Shown one piece after another: positions 52,588-52,660 of a stretch of 52,660 nt of DNA. The DNA comes from a virus: the IMG/VR virus record IMGVR_UViG_3300045988_079011; one strand, given 5' to 3'. Position numbers and translations under genes: made by a program. Numbering within the stretch: the stretch's first letter is position 1; the number at the start of each line of letters is the position of its first letter. Below the pieces are notes generated by a model, which was not told the DNA's origin, made no database searches, and was given only the letters and a program-made list of their open reading frames with translations.

Positions 52588-52660
52588 GCGGATTTACTAT
52601 TACCATACACCGGTGATGGAAAACGAAGCGTACCCCCTATCATCCCCCATGATGTCACCC

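Larger units (their letters stand above)
39287..52660. repeat. Right arm of the 13,374-bp perfect inverted duplication (reverse complement of 1-13374)
   Basis: Same as the left arm. 13375 (a) versus the complement of 39286 (g) is the first mismatch. Confidence 0.95.

Overview
This window is a Mu-like (transposable) temperate siphovirus, probably of a Bacteroidales host, that carries a diversity-generating retroelement (DGR). The host call rests on Bacteroides-style TAnnTTTG -7 boxes. Gene content recalls the DGR-bearing Hankyphage group, but I cannot verify identity without a search.

Architecture is the dominant signal. Bases 1-13374 recur as an exact reverse complement at 39287-52660 (x <-> 52661-x), flanking a 25.9-kb unique core (13375-39286). 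The inner edge of this duplication falls on the first base of the DGR template/variable repeat homology. The assembled VR at the 3' end of the 2163-aa target gene is identical to the TR, with every Asn AAY codon intact. My favoured reading is a fold-back join through inverted TR/VR homology, made by an assembler, MDA or a long-read chimera. The less likely alternative is a genuine TR x VR recombination product. Under the favoured reading the right arm is a mirror of the left arm, and the real VR and the phage right end are missing.

Gene order, left arm plus core:
- Plus strand, 74-9198: repressor, early operon with a Ner-position HTH, transposase, MuB-like ATPase, many small early genes, and two morphogenesis genes.
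- Minus strand, 19056 down to 9283: TerS, TerL, DUF1320-like, portal, Mu F-like, membrane protein, then promoter-TR-spacer-RT-161-aa ORF, small HTH, ThyA-like enzyme and DPPY adenine methyltransferase.
- Plus strand, 19263-39407: protease/scaffold, capsid, amidase, spanin-like pair, tail tube, G/GT chaperone, tape measure, Tal-like protein and the giant DGR target.

All domain names come from motif recognition by eye. No HMM, BLAST, RNA-folding or GC computation was possible.
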